Part shown: one piece after another, positions 10,539 through 22,956 of the stretch
Numbering within the stretch: position 1 is the first letter of the stretch
How the letters are laid out: every line of letters starts with the position of its first letter
Program-made: the position numbers and the translations under genes
Assembly (NCBI RefSeq): GCF_000372725.1
Contig: NW_005201792.1
Span: forward strand, 251,440-315,439
Reading direction: 5' to 3'
Source of the DNA: Emiliania huxleyi CCMP1516
Lineage: Eukaryota
Length of the DNA stretch: 64,000 nucleotides
Notes under the pieces: model-generated
The model's input: only the letters and a program-made list of their open reading frames with translations
Database searches by the model: none
Told to the model about the DNA's origin: nothing

Positions 10539-13500
10539 CTAGGTCACCACTCTGGCCAAGCAGAGCCCGAGAAGCTTCTCAGAAGGGATTTCACCAGCGA
10601 GGAGCAGAAGATCGGAAAGCGCTGTTGCGCAACCAACGACAGGCACAGAACCCATGCCAATAGCGCCATGCGCGTCTCCGACGGGTGGGTCTGAGTGAGG
10701 TCCTGCCACGTCCTCGTCCTTCTGCTCGTTGGCGTTTGCCGGCTCGCTCTTCTTTAAGCGCAGCGGGCGGGAGAAGTCAGGCCTCGCGGGTACCTGATCT
10801 ACCTGCCCGCGCATCGCTTGGGAAGTATCAGTACCATCCGTGTGCTCTCGATCACTCGAGACGCGGTCTGGTTCTGGCTCAAGTTGCTTTTGCTGCTTAT
10901 CTGGCGCCGCAATCCACTCTGGGGTGAGGGCAGCCGCCGCCTGCCGCCGCGACTGATCGTACGAGCCAGTGATTTCTTGCGATCCCTTCTGGCCAGCGGT
11001 GAGCGCTCCACGGGCCCAGCTTCCAGAGACCCTGGCTGAGGTTGGCAGCGTGACCATCCCGTGCCCATGACGAAGGCCGCCATGCCACTGGCCTTCGTAG
11101 CGCCGCCCGTCTGGCTCGAAGCAAATGCCGTGGTCTTCGGGAGCTCCTGCTCGGAAAGTGCCCTCGAAGCGAGCGCCGTTTGCATACCTCATGCTGCCGC
11201 GCCCATCCGGCGCGCCCGACCGTACCTGGCCATCGAAGCGGTGACCGCCCGAAAGCAGGAGCGTCCCACGGCACGAGTGCGCCTCTCCTCCTCGCCATTC
11301 GCCCTCGAGCTGGGCACCGCTTGTGTAGGTAAGACGCCCGCGGCCGTGCGGAGCGCCCGCTCGCCAGCTCCCATCGAACGTACCGCCCTTGTGTGGCACG
11401 CTGTCGGCATGCGCCGCCTTATCCGGGCACAGTGCGCCCTTTGCAAAGGTCCCCCTCAGTGAGGCGCCTTGCGCTGATTTCAGGACACCTTTGCCGTGTG
11501 GCTGACCGCCCACCCAGCCTCCCTCCCAATGGGATCCGTCCCCAATCGTGCATGAGCGCCACACTGGCAGCGCCTCGTCGAGGCAGCCATTCGCCCAAGT
11601 GCCCTTCGTCTTCGAGCCATCGGCGGCAGTGAGTATGCCTCGTCGCCGCTCGCCCTCTACCCACTCCCCCTCGAAGGACTCAACGCCTCCGTTCTCGCCC
11701 CTGCGCAGCTCGTATCCAGGACCGTGGCGCCGCCCACGCGCGAAGCTTCCTCTGAATTCGACCGTACCGTCCGCCGACACAAAGTTGCCCTCTCCTTCGA
11801 ACTCGTCGCCGGCAAAGCGGCCTTCGTATCTCCCCTCAGAGCAGTGGAGCACGCCGCCCCCCGTCCTTTTGCCCTCCTGCAGCCTGCCGGAGAAGCTCCC
11901 ACCGCCGGGCTCGAGGAAGCCTTGCGCCACAACGCAGTCGTGAAACGTGCCTCGGAAGGTGCCGCGAATCGATCGTGGGCCGAGTGCAAGCAGCCCGTCG
12001 CCACACCACTGGCCGGCACGCCAAGCCCCACTAAAGCGGACAGGTTCGAGCTCCGTGCGCAGCAGGATGGCCTCGCCCGTGCCGTGCGGCGCGCCGTCCT
12101 CCCAATCTCCTCGATACTCCCCCCACCAGCAGTGGCGCTTACCCGACCACCAGCCGGCAGCCTTCATGCTCCAGGGCCAGTCATCCTTCCACAAGCCCTG
12201 CAGCCTGTCGCCGCCGTCACCTGCTCGTGTGAGGACGCCCTCGCCGTGCCGGACGCCGCGCTTTTGCCCAGCGATCCCGGTGGTCCTCCAGCCCCCGTCG
12301 TAGGCGTCGCCGTTCGTGTAGGTGTGCCGCACCGTCCCCTCCATAAACTCTCCGTCAGCGCTCCAGCTGCCGACCAAGCGATCTCCGTCCTGGAAGGTGA
12401 GGCTACTGCGCTCCCCTCCTCGCCGGCCCAAGGTGAAGCTGCCTTGGAAGACCGCCTTTGCTGCGCCCGACACGCCTTCGCGAGCGAGCGAGCCGTCTTT
12501 GGTGCACAGCATCGCGAAGCTGCCTTCGGCGTTGTACGGCTGACCCAATCGCCACTCACCGCTGAGCAATCCTATTTTAGTTGTTGCCGTGCCAACGCCG
12601 TGACGGAGCCCGCACCAGTGATCGCCCTCGTAGCAGCTGCTGTCGCCCTCCACCCGCCTGCCCGTCCCGCAGAAGAGGGCGTCGCCCGGCTCGTCCCCGG
12701 CCCGGCCCTCGACGGAGAAGCGAAGCGAGTACGGCTGGCTACGCGCGCTCGTGCCTCCGCCCACTCCGCCCACCGCCACGAAGAGGCGGCCAGGATGCAC
12801 GCGACCCTGATAGATCACCCTCTGCAGGGCTGCCATGGATGCGTCCGCCGATTGACCTGGTGCTGTACGGGCATCCCTGGCCTCTTGGCCCGGTGGTTGC
12901 AGGAGCAGCTCGCCTGTCAGCGACCTCCAGTCCCAAAACGTCTTGTTGGGCTTTCGATCTCGCTGGACCCACATCCCAAGCATAGAACCGTCCTTCCCAT
13001 TGTGCTGGTGCCCATCCACCGACAGGCTGAGCCTGTACGGGGGGTAGTCCTTGTCGCCAATCATAATTTCGTGAATCTGCAGCGAACCGCCCGCTAGCCT
13101 ACCGTGGATCTCGCGGCGGAGCCCCCCGGGCCGAGCCCCGTGCCCTGGGTGGTCTGCCGTCTCAACCGACTGCGGAGCAACTTTAAGCAATGGGGGTGAA
13201 GAACATGCCTTTCTTCCATCCACGGCGCGTGGGCTGGCTGCCGCGAGTACCTTGGATTTCTCGTTGCGCGAGCCATCAGAGCGCTTCGCAGCGGGCAGCA
13301 CCGAGCCGGCGGACAGCTTTTGTGCCATTGCAGCATCGAGCTGGCGCGGTTCTCGCACAGCCTTTGGCGAGGCCTCGCTCGATTGGGCGGAGCTTGTGAT
13401 CCGAGGTGCAGGTTGGCGGCTGAGTTCCCGTGGTGCTGACTGTGTCGGCTTTGGAGGCGGTGGCCGCTTGGGAGGCGGTGACGGCTTTGGTGGTGACGAT

Positions 13501-13928
13501 CTTGGCGTCGATTGAGCCTGCGGTGGTTGTTGCGCCTTGCGAGGTGGAGGCTGCGACGAAGCAGCAGCTGGAGGCGACGGCGGCAACGCCGTCGTTTTGT
13601 CGCGTGGCAGAGGAGTCGGAGATGCGGTGGACTGTTGACTCGTTACGGACACGTGCAATGACACACCAACAGCAGGCGTACTTCCCGAGCATATGAGCTG
13701 CAACCGGACCCGTGCCAACTGCCTGTTTCTCACCCCCTTGTCCTGGACGGAGGCTGCTCGCGCACGATTTGCGGTGCCTGTTGTCTCTAAAGTCTCCGTG
13801 CCCCTCGATACTTCGACGTCGGCTTGAGCTGCTGTCCTTGGTAGCTCTCCCTCAAAGGAATCGGGCGGCAGCTCCAGCGACTCGAGAAAAGCGCGCTCGC
13901 TCGAGGCATACGAGCGGGAGGTGCCCAT
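10539..13928 (-). CDS. MORN-repeat protein
   Basis: 1129-aa ORF with many YEGxWxxGxxHGxG repeats (YEGQWHGGLRHGHG, YDGGW..RHGEG, FEGEWVEGERRRG) after a Pro/Ser-rich N-terminus. Confidence 0.9.
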   Translation of the reverse strand: MGTSRSYASSERAFLESLELPPDSFEGELPRTAAQADVEVSRGTETLETTGTANRARAASVQDKGVRNRQLARVRLQLICSGSTPAVGVSLHVSVTSQQSTASPTPLPRDKTTALPPSPPAAASSQPPPRKAQQPPQAQSTPRSSPPKPSPPPKRPPPPKPTQSAPRELSRQPAPRITSSAQSSEASPKAVREPRQLDAAMAQKLSAGSVLPAAKRSDGSRNEKSKVLAAASPRAVDGRKACSSPPLLKVAPQSVETADHPGHGARPGGLRREIHGRLAGGSLQIHEIMIGDKDYPPYRLSLSVDGHQHNGKDGSMLGMWVQRDRKPNKTFWDWRSLTGELLLQPPGQEARDARTAPGQSADASMAALQRVIYQGRVHPGRLFVAVGGVGGGTSARSQPYSLRFSVEGRAGDEPGDALFCGTGRRVEGDSSCYEGDHWCGLRHGVGTATTKIGLLSGEWRLGQPYNAEGSFAMLCTKDGSLAREGVSGAAKAVFQGSFTLGRRGGERSSLTFQDGDRLVGSWSADGEFMEGTVRHTYTNGDAYDGGWRTTGIAGQKRGVRHGEGVLTRAGDGGDRLQGLWKDDWPWSMKAAGWWSGKRHCWWGEYRGDWEDGAPHGTGEAILLRTELEPVRFSGAWRAGQWCGDGLLALGPRSIRGTFRGTFHDCVVAQGFLEPGGGSFSGRLQEGKRTGGGVLHCSEGRYEGRFAGDEFEGEGNFVSADGTVEFRGSFARGRRHGPGYELRRGENGGVESFEGEWVEGERRRGILTAADGSKTKGTWANGCLDEALPVWRSCTIGDGSHWEGGWVGGQPHGKGVLKSAQGASLRGTFAKGALCPDKAAHADSVPHKGGTFDGSWRAGAPHGRGRLTYTSGAQLEGEWRGGEAHSCRGTLLLSGGHRFDGQVRSGAPDGRGSMRYANGARFEGTFRAGAPEDHGICFEPDGRRYEGQWHGGLRHGHGMVTLPTSARVSGSWARGALTAGQKGSQEITGSYDQSRRQAAAALTPEWIAAPDKQQKQLEPEPDRVSSDREHTDGTDTSQAMRGQVDQVPARPDFSRPLRLKKSEPANANEQKDEDVAGPHSDPPVGDAHGAIGMGSVPVVGCATALSDLLLLAGEIPSEKLLGLCLARVVT

Positions 13929-14032
13929 GACGTTTCCCCATGTCCATGTGACGGTTTCCGTTACGTCGTTGCAAAAAGAAACATAAAACTCGACTTACTT
14001 AGTTTTCGTACAACCAACTCATCTTAAGGCCC

Positions 14033-14130
14033 TTTTCGGCTTTCGGGAATTTCGGCTTTCGGGAGTCAAGTTTGATGACTCCCGCCCAACTTTCGGCTTT
14101 CGGGAATCAAGCTTGATGACTCCCGCGCCA
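14033..14130. repeat. Short tandem array TTTCGGCTTTCGGGA x3 with TCAAG.TTGATGACTCCCGC x2
   Basis: Directly visible. It begins just after CTTAAGGCCC. Confidence 0.8.
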
Positions 14131-15205
14131 ACCAACTCATCGTGGAGTAGGCCCTCCGCCGGGGGGTTTCAAGAACGGAGATCGTCCTCCTCTCACAGCC
14201 CCCCCCTGCCAACTTCCCAGCGTGAGACTCCGCGTTCCGACTGGGGTCAGCGCTCGGATTGCGACCTACCAATACTGACGCTGGAGGACTGGCGGAAGAA
14301 GCATCCCGAGGGTTATCCGCAGATTCCGGTGCTCTTCAAGCCCTCCCCTGAATTGATGAAGCGCTCAAGCGTGGGCCTCTACTCGCAGAGTGTGGGTAAA
14401 CGAAAGTACCGTATTCGGTACTATCAAGAAAGACACCGAAAAAAGTCGCCGCGACACTCCACGACGAGCCAGCCAGCTGCCGGCTCGCACGGCAGCCTCT
14501 TCCTATGGACCAGCCTCGACTTCCATACAGTCAACATTTTGTCGCTGCGTGCTCGTGGTGAGCTGTGGCGGCGGTCGAAGTTCGCCCAGATTCGGTGACG
14601 AGCGCCGGACGATAGTACCGCCTCTGTTCGCCCTGTGCATGTCAGGCCAGGCTGCAGCAGAGCACTACCAACGTGCTGCCCTGTTGCAGCCTGACTTTGC
14701 CCACTGTGCACAGTCGCCAGAGCACCACCACCGCCCGGCATCGTGTCACGGCGAGCTCCTTCTGCGCCCGCTCGCGAGGCTCTCGCGCTGGCACACTTTG
14801 GCCATCTGCTGCTCGCGTTCGGCGAGCTCTTCTCCGCACTCCTGCCACGGTGCCGTCACCACACACCTTCTGGCTGGCCTGAGCCGCGCGGGGTCGCCGG
14901 CGGGGGCAACGCGTCGACCTCTCTCTCTGGTGCACCACGGGCCGCAACGGCCTGCGAGCAGCGTGCGCGAGGAGGCAGTGTGCCGGCACAGTCGAGCCGG
15001 AGCATCGGGTTCTTGATGCTTCTGGGGTCAAGTTTGACCTTATGTGGTATAATATGCAACAATAATGCTATGCTCTCACCCAGCCTTTTGAGATATGATC
15101 CCTCAAAGTCGAATTTTCGTTTACTGGTGACCATAGTACCGTTTGTCTTGTTTGCGTTTCTTCAAACGAATCCTTTAAAGTCTCGACAATCACTCAGCTG
15201 CTTAT

Positions 15206-16523
15206 GTGGCACCGCAGAGGCTCCCTTGGGGATGCCTGAGGCCACCCCAACCACACACTAAGCCGTACGTAGACGAATTGCGCGCTACTTTTTTCGTTTA
15301 CCCACACTCTGCGAGTAACCAGTCGCGAGTTCCTGGACGAATATGGCGACACGATTGTCAATCACGGCCAGGCTACACACAGGCCGGTGGGCAGCTTGCA
15401 CTGCCCGCCGAGCAACAACGCGCATTGCGAATTCAGGATTACGGGACGCTGAGGAACCTCGCAAGCACGTGGCACAATCAGAGCCGCGGCCGATATGTGA
15501 GCCTCTTCCACTGCCGTAGCATCTTCTGCCACAGGCTCTTTTCCACGCTTGGCGTTCCCCGGCAGCTCGACGGCGGCCGGGAGCCCTCGTCTACCAATCT
15601 TCTCATTGGCGGACCCGGCAGTGGGCTTCCCTTTCACTTCCATCGAGCCAATTGGCAGATGCAAATATTGGGAGACAAGGCATGGTTCCTTCTGCCTCCG
15701 TCGGGCATGACCGCTGAGCTGTCCAAGAAGGTTGGGCCCTTTCTCTATCCCGCAGAGGGCTGGGCGCCTCATCTGAGCGGACGTGCTATTGGCGAGCGTC
15801 CGCTGGTGTGCGTGCAACGGCCGCGCGAATAATTTTTTCCCTGATAATTGGTGGCATGCGACGATGAACCTGGCGTACGGAGAGAAGTTGAACGAGGGAT
15901 GGCAGAGAGGAGGCAGAAGCAGCGTTCAGCTGGCCGACCCGTTCCAAGGTGGCTGCCCTCAGACCGTTGGAAGCTGTGGCCCAAGTTGCGGGGACGGCTA
16001 CTTCAACTTCATTCGCGCTGCCAAGTTGGCCACGAAGGGCTACCCGCAATCGCTCATCGCGTCACTCGCTGTCATTCGCGCTGCTGCGGACGCAGTCCCT
16101 GCCGCCACACCGCTCGGGGTCTCGCCTGTCGCGATGGAGGCGAGGGAGATCTGGAGTGATCATTCGCGTCAGGTGATGCTTGAGACCGCTGCTTTTGCAC
16201 ACTGCGTGGCCGCAATTGTCGTTTCCGCCAGATCGCATCCCTCGTCGGGAGCGGGATCGGACTGCGGTGCTGACACTGGCTCTGCGCAAGCTAGCCACCA
16301 GCTGACGACCACCTTGATCAAGCGGTGGAAGAGCGTGGCCTTCAACTTGTCGCAGTCAGTCTATCACAGGCAGTGCAGGATGGCCCCGGGTCCCCTCTGC
16401 TCCGCCTTGTCCGAGAGCGAGCAAACCGCTCGAGACCCGAGAGTCGTGGGCGGGGCAAAGCCGCCGGTGCATGATCGAGAGATCCCGCGGTGCTCGCACC
16501 GCGGTGCTCCACGGATGATTTGA
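15206..16523 (+). CDS. JmjC/cupin Fe(II)-2OG oxygenase (JMJD8-like), 1-nt frameshift near 15829, start uncertain
   Basis: LLIGGPGSGLPFHFH..WQMQILGDKAWFLLPP..PLVCVQRPRE continues in the next frame as FFPDNWWHATMNL, giving an HxH..H metal triad. Confidence 0.8.
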
Positions 16524-16690
16524 GTAGGCAGGTGATCAGAAACAACTCCGATCACAAGGCTATGCGACCCTTTTCACATGGTCTTAGATATCTGAATGTA
16601 CACGCGTTTATACTCTCCAACTGAGGCGCGAGTGGGCGGCCTCACGGTCAGTCGCGCCCTCGTCACGCCTCGAGCAAGTGAGTACTCCGC

Positions 16691-19600
16691 TTATTGGGCC
16701 ACCTCGAGCAAGTCCTCCGCCTCGGAGTAGTCGCCAGCAATCCGCTTACCCTCCGGATCGAAGGGCGCCTTGAGGTGGAGCGTCGCGGGCAGCGGCGCGC
16801 GCCGCTTGCTGCGCACCGCCCACGACCCCTCGCGCAGCCACTTGGGCGTGATCTTTTCCAGCCCGTCTGGGCAGCGGACGTAGCCCGTCACCACCTGCTT
16901 CCCGATGCTGTGCCCGTACGCGGTGGAGCGCACGATGCCGAGCGGCTCGCCGTCGCGCTCGATGAGCTCCGCGCCGTGCAGCGGCGGCGCCCCGCCCGGC
17001 CCGCCGTCGGCGTCGAGCGTCAGCGTGACGATGCGGCGCTGCAGGCCACTCTGCATCTTGGCGAGCAGCGCGTCGCGGCCGAGGAAGCCGGGCGCGTCCT
17101 CGCGCCGCAGCTTCGGCAGGACGGTGAAGCCGATCGCAGCCTCCTGCGGCGAGTCGCCGCACGCCAGGTCGGCGTGCCAGTGGCGGTAGCTCTTCTCCGC
17201 CGAGAGCGAGTCGATGGCAAAGTAGCCGGCGTCGCGCACGGGCGCGCCGCTCCGTCGCTCGAGGGCGGCGCCCGCCTCGCGGAGCGCGGCGTACACCTGC
17301 GGCGCGCCGCCCGCCGGCATGTGCAGCTCGAAGCCCAGCTCGCCCACGAAGGTGAGCCGCAGCAGCCGCACGTCCGGCACGCCCGCCACCGTCAGTCCCT
17401 CCCTCGCCGTCGAGAACGGGAAGGCGGAGAGGTCGTCGATGGCGCCGCCGCCGACGAGCGGCGCGAGGAGCTGGTGCGAGAGCGGGCCCTGCACCGAGAG
17501 CAGGGTCAGCTCGTCCGAGATGTCGGCCACAGACACGCCGCCGCCAAACCCGCCCTCGTCGAGCGCCGACTCGATCCAGCGCAGGTCGTGCGACGCCGTC
17601 GCGCCGCCCGTGCACATGTACCAGCGGTTGTCAGCCAGCCGCGTCACCGTCACGTCCGCCTCGACGCCTCCGCGCGCGTTGCAGAGCGGCGTGTAGACGA
17701 CGGCGCCCGGGGCGCGCCCCTCCATGTCGTTGCCGCACACCCACTGCATCGCCGCGTCGGCGCGCGGGCCGCTGATCAGCAGCTTCCCGAAGTAGGACTG
17801 GTCGAAGAGCGCGACGCCGGACCTCGCCGCGCGCACCTGCCGGACGAGTCGCGGGCGTCTCTGCGGCTGTGGCGTGCGCAATGCCGTGGGCGTCGAGAGG
17901 CAGGTGCGTGGAGAGGCGAGTGGCGCCAGAGAAGCGCGTGGTGGTGTGGGGAAAAGGAGGAAGGGTGGGGGGGGCGTCTCGGGCGGTGTCCCTCGCCTCC
18001 TCCGCCACGCGGCCGAACGAGGCCGGCCAGCCAAAAGTGAGCTCGCCCTCCACAAAGTCGAGGTACGGGTGCGACTCGTGCGCGGCGACATCGGCGCGGC
18101 CGGCGCCCAACCGCCACCCGCTCTCCTCGTCCGCATACGCGCCGTAGTAGTCGTAGCTCCGCGGCAGCGCGCCTGCGCCGACGTCCGGCCCGACGAACCA
18201 GCCCGGCCGCTCGAAGCCGTGCCGCGCCTGGAAGACACATCCGGCGGCGGCGAGGCAGTCGTGCAGCGCGGAGCGGCGGGCGCCACGACCCGCGAGCGGC
18301 TCGTCGGACGGGAAGACGATCGCGTACGTCTTTGCGTAGGACTCGTGCGTCCGGTCCTGCACCCAGCGCGCGTCGGCGACGGTGGACGCGTGGAAGCGCG
18401 CCGGGTCGAAGCCGAACAGGTCGAGGGTGGGCGCGCCGTGCAGCACCCACGCGGCGAGCTCTCTGCCGATTCCGCCGCTGAGCATCATGCCCATGGAGTT
18501 GAACCCCCCCCCCTGGGGGGATTTTTGGGGGGGGTCGGCCCAGCGGGGGCCTCAAAGGGCGGAACCCCCCCCCCCCCCCCCCCACGCGCGGCCTCTGCCG
18601 CCCCGCGCGTGCGCGTGTGGCTCTCTCGCGCGAAGCTTTCTCGCGTGCCGCCGCTCGCCTGCCACAAGCCGCGCACGCCCGGCTGCGGCCCGACGAGAGG
18701 CTTGTGGTCGGGGGTGAAGGACTCGGGACCGCAGACGGTCGAGGCGATGCCGGTGTGCTCGACGGCGGGGCAGCGCTGCACGTGCCCCGTCATGTTTTGG
18801 AGGAAGGTGTCCCAGTCGAGGTCAAAGAGCCTGGCGAGTCAGAATGGGCTGCGGTGATGGACCGGCGTTCAGCGACGGCGGTCAGTCGTGCTGGCGGCGC
18901 CCAAACGCAAAGTCGGACGCCGGCTGTGCCCAAAACTCGGGGTTGGTCTCGTACCCTCCGATGGCCATCGCGCTGCCCTGCGCCTTGAGGTACACGGACA
19001 GGTCGTGGTCCCGCACGTTTGGCAGCCCGCCGTGCATCCCCTCGAGCGGCTCCTGCTCACGCGAGACGGGTGTGAAGAGACGCCGTCCACGGGCCCCGCC
19101 CCTCGCCCCTCTCGCGCGGCTCTCCGTCACGACGTACGCGTGCTTCATCGCGAGCAGCGGCAGCGGTGCGCCAGCCATCTCCGACACGGCGCCCGCCCAC
19201 GCGCCGCACGCGTTCACCACGTGGCCCGTCCGGATGGTCTGGCCGCAGGAGGTGTGCACGCCAACCACCCGCCGGCCGACCGTCCCTGTGGGGCTCGCGT
19301 ACTCCTTGGGGAGGCGACGGCGGGCGGGCGGTCAGCAGGGAGGGCAGCGGCAGCAGGGAGGAGGAGAGCCAGCCAGCAGGGAGGGGAGAGGCGCTCCTCT
19401 GTCACTAGACCCGCCACTCGCACGCCCTCGCGCACTGTGGCGCCAAGCCTCCGCGCGCCCTTGGTGTACGCGCTGACTAGCCCGGCTGGGTCGAGCGTGC
19501 CTAGAGAACCGGCGTGTTCGTGTCGACGACACGCTCTCCCTCTCCCTCGCGCCTTGGCCGGGCTGCGCTCCGTCGGTCGGCGAGTAGAGAGCGCCGTACA

Positions 19601-20081
19601 CGTCGTCTGTCCGGAGGAGAGGGTGCACCCTGGGCACCTCGCTCGGCGAGAGGACCTCGGAGGCGATGCCGTAGTACTCTCCCGTCTGACCCAGCCGCTC
19701 GTACTCGGCGAGCCGCTCCTTGTTGCCCGCGATGAAGAGGCCGCCGTTCTGAGTCCACGCGGCGCCGGGCGCCTCCTCGAGGCGCATCGCAAGCTCGCGC
19801 GTGTGCGTGTGCAGCTCGATGTCGACGTAGGACGGGCGCAGCCGCCACAGCATCCCAGCGGTGTGCCACGTCGTGCCGGCCGTGAGCGAGTGAGCCTCGA
19901 GCAGCAGCGTCGAGAGGCCCTGCTCCTGCAGGTGATAGCACGCCGAGGCGCCGACGCAGCCACCACCGATGACGACCGCGTCGACCGAGGCTGGCAGCGC
20001 CGCAGCGGGCCCGCTGCTCAGCCGGCGAGGAGAGAGGGTTCGCTGGCCGAGGCGACCGAGCTGGGGCGGACGGAGTCGCAT
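16691..20081 (-). CDS. SARDH: Mitochondrial sarcosine/dimethylglycine dehydrogenase (FAD oxidoreductase plus GcvT domain), multi-exon
   Basis: Arg-rich transit peptide, [18 protein letters not shown] (flavinylated His), [59 protein letters not shown] and PFDPEG motifs. Confidence 0.92.
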
Positions 20082-20837
20082 GTATGTTGCACCCCTGTGA
20101 TGTTGCACCCCTGTGGAAGACAAGAAATTCGAGTACCTGGCGGCCCCCCTTAGCTACACAGTGAGAGAGAGAGAACAAAAGTACACTGAAAACCTCGGAC
20201 CCTCGCGCCTAGGCCCGCCGCCCGCCGCCGACGCCCACCGCCAATCCGACGCCAACAGCGACCTGGGCTCGCCACTCGACGACGACCTCTCCGACCGAGG
20301 AGGAGGAGGGTGGAGACCACACGGCCTAGACTCCCAGAGCCCCGACGACGACGGGGAAGGCCCGCCGCTGCTCGTCCCCGCCTCTGCTGTCACCGTCTCC
20401 CCCGCCGCCGCGGGCCCCTTTGCCCGCGTCGCGCAAGTAATCCCTGACTCTCCCTTCACACTTACCGACCCGATCCCGTCGACCGATCCCGCGCCCGGCC
20501 GATGACAAGCCCTACGTCTGCCCCCTCGCCGACTGCCCATGCGCATATGATGATCGGCCGCGCGCGGCACCCTCCTTTGTGGAAGAGAATACATTTCCCA
20601 CGAAAAGATGGCCCTGGGTTCCAACTTTTTCCGGGTATGGTATGGTACACTGGTCAGTTGACACGCGAACGTTCGTACGAGTTCCGAGGCGGAGGCGACG
20701 CTGCAGGACCCCCCATTAGCGATTGCCTTCGGCGGAGGCATTTTCGACTCACGCTGAGGCACTCGCAGTGGTACCTAGGTAGCGGCGTGTCGGCGACAGC
20801 GTCTGCGGCCTGAGGGCGGGATGCTCTGAATGCACGA

Positions 20838-21365
20838 ATGCACGTCGCCCTCGCTGCACTCGCCTTTTTTCCACCAGAGACCGTGGTCGACCCACCGCTT
20901 ACGGGCGTCATCTGCTCCGTCCTCGACCACGGGGCCGTCGGTGACAACCGCACCCTCAACACGCCTGCCATCCAGGCGGCGATCGACACTTGCCACCGGG
21001 CTGCACCAGCGGGATCCACAGTGCTCGTCCCACCTGGTGCCTATCGTCCCGCGGCCAGCATCCACCTCCGTTCAAACTTGCGTCTCCACCTCGCCCTGGG
21101 CGCTGGCCTCTATGGAAGCTCCGATCCGAGCGACTACAGCGTCTCGCTGCAGTGGTTTGGTGGTCGGCATGTGGCAAACTTTGACGCACTCGTTCGCGGC
21201 GCCAACCTCACGAATGTGAGCGTGACGGGCTCAAACGGTGCGGCGCTTCCAGGTAATGCGTCGATCATTGATGGCGTGGGTTGGAAGTGGTGGTGCTGGG
21301 CAAAGGCTGAGGGTCGTGGCATGCCGCTGTACCAACCGTGGTGCCGGCTATTCAACCCAAATATA
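20838..21365 (+). pseudogene. N-terminal fragment of a GH28/pectin-lyase-fold polygalacturonase
   Basis: Signal-like start, SVLDHGAVGDNRTLNTPAIQAAIDTC..VLVPPGAY..IHLRSNLRLHL..IIDGVGWKWW. Similarity stops at ~21365 and no NTDG/GDD/RIK catalytic motifs follow. Confidence 0.75.
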
Positions 21366-21676
21366 ATGAACTCTTCCCCTCCATGGGCGCCCACGTCTAA
21401 TCAGGCGGGACGATCCAGTGCCGCCGCCCCTGCCCGGGGAAACCTCGGCCGGGCCATCGACGCACTCGGAACCGGTGGAGCCGGGAGAAGATGGAGAAGA
21501 AGAGAGACAGCATCGGAGGAAGCGACACCAACAACGAGGGAAACGGCCACAGCGGCTGTCGCATGTTGCTCGGCTGACGAGCAAGCGAGCGAAGGGGAGA
21601 ACCGGAAGCCCCGGGAGGACGGTCGGTGAGCCCCGAAACGAGGGTCTAAGCAGGTGTCTGTACAGGAGAGTGGTGT

Positions 21677-21764
21677 TGCGACGGTGTATCATTCACTTTA
21701 TGCCACCGTTGCATATCCGGATATGCAACGTACGGTGGCATAAAGTGAATGATACACCGTCGCA
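21677..21764. mobile_element. 88-bp fold-back miniature element with TG..CA ends and 5-bp TSD GGTGT
   Basis: 33-bp perfect arms (21677-21709 and 21732-21764), a central 24-bp palindrome (21707-21730), and GGTGT at both 21672-21676 and 21765-21769. Confidence 0.85.
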
Positions 21765-22956
21765 GGTGTGCAGTGTTGTGTCTATTAGCTCTGAGTAGAG
21801 GGCGCGTCCTGCAGTTAAGGGGACACCCGGTACGCGGGGCCAACCCTCGGAGACCCGTGTTTACTTTACGGCCCTTTCCCTGCGAACGCGCACCCCTGGC
21901 GCACCCCCTAGGGCTAGGGCTTTCTTGCCCGCAACCCGATCCCGCTCATCTGGCCCGCTGGGTGTGCTTCTTAGCTCCCCGGCCCTGGATGTGAGGCTGC
22001 CGACTGCACTCCAAGTGCTCCAAGTGCCTTCTCAGCGTGCACTAAGAAACCCCAACACCTTCGGAGTACAAACTGTCAACGTCCACTTCATTGCACGGGA
22101 CGCGGCACAAACGGGGCACAAACGCAAGGCTACAAACACGGGGAGGCACGTAGTGACGCAGGGGAGTCTAGGCGACGGTGGCGCGTCCTCCGCCGCCGCG
22201 AGCTTCACTTCACTTTTAGCAAGTTTTCTGTGCAGTCGGTAGCCTCACATGGCTTAATTTTTTAGAATTCTTTTCACTCACTGTCGCGTCTTGGCAGCAC
22301 AAAGCCGCGCCAGACGTCCGCCAGCTCCCGAGCCTCCCTCGCGGCTGTCGAAGCGCTCCTCGTCCCAGCCCACGCCGCACGCGATCACGGGTACGGCCCA
22401 GCCGCATCAGCCATCACCTCGACCGCCCACTTGCGAGCCGCGCCGGCTCCGGGAAGAGCTCGTGCGACTGCGGCGACCACTCCGCCGCCTTGAGGATGAG
22501 CCTGCCCACCTCCACCGCCTCGGCCGCTGGCTGCAGGTTGGCCGGCCTGAGGGAGGGCAGAACCAAGCGCGCTGCGCCTGGGCGAAGTCTAGGGGGCCAG
22601 GCCGCCGTCGGGCGGGGGCGGCGGCGGCGGCTCGCATCAGGCTGTGAGCTGTGAAATAGTCTGGGTTCAGGCAGATTTATCCCGAGGCGGTACCCGGCGC
22701 CGAGCGTATTTGTGAAGAGAGAGAAAAGTCTTTGTGATCGACGTTGCGCTGATACCTGGGTCTGTCCCTTTCTCGACCGTCCCCTTGACATTCTGTGTGA
22801 CTTGGGGCCGCTGGGCGGGTAGGGGTTGCCGGTTCTTCTTGTTTGTGTGAAGCCTCAGCTTGGACATGGACATGGGCTGTAGGGCCTCCTGGGTCTGTCT
22901 CTCACACCCTCACTGTTGGCGTGTCGTGAGAGATCGCCAGAACGCGCAGCTTCTCG

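Noticed and set aside
14020..15045. Possible piggyBac/Harbinger element (TTAA, subterminal repeats, GGGGTCAAGTTTGACC)
   Set aside because: No matching right TIR/TSD and no recognisable transposase. Only the tandem array is reported.
15820..15840. Programmed frameshift in the JmjC gene
   Set aside because: A single missing A in a short A run. Similar 1-nt indels occur elsewhere in the window, so assembly error or pseudogenisation is more parsimonious.
21900..21925. Telomere-like CCCTAGGGCTAGGG
   Set aside because: Only two degenerate units, not a TTAGGG array.
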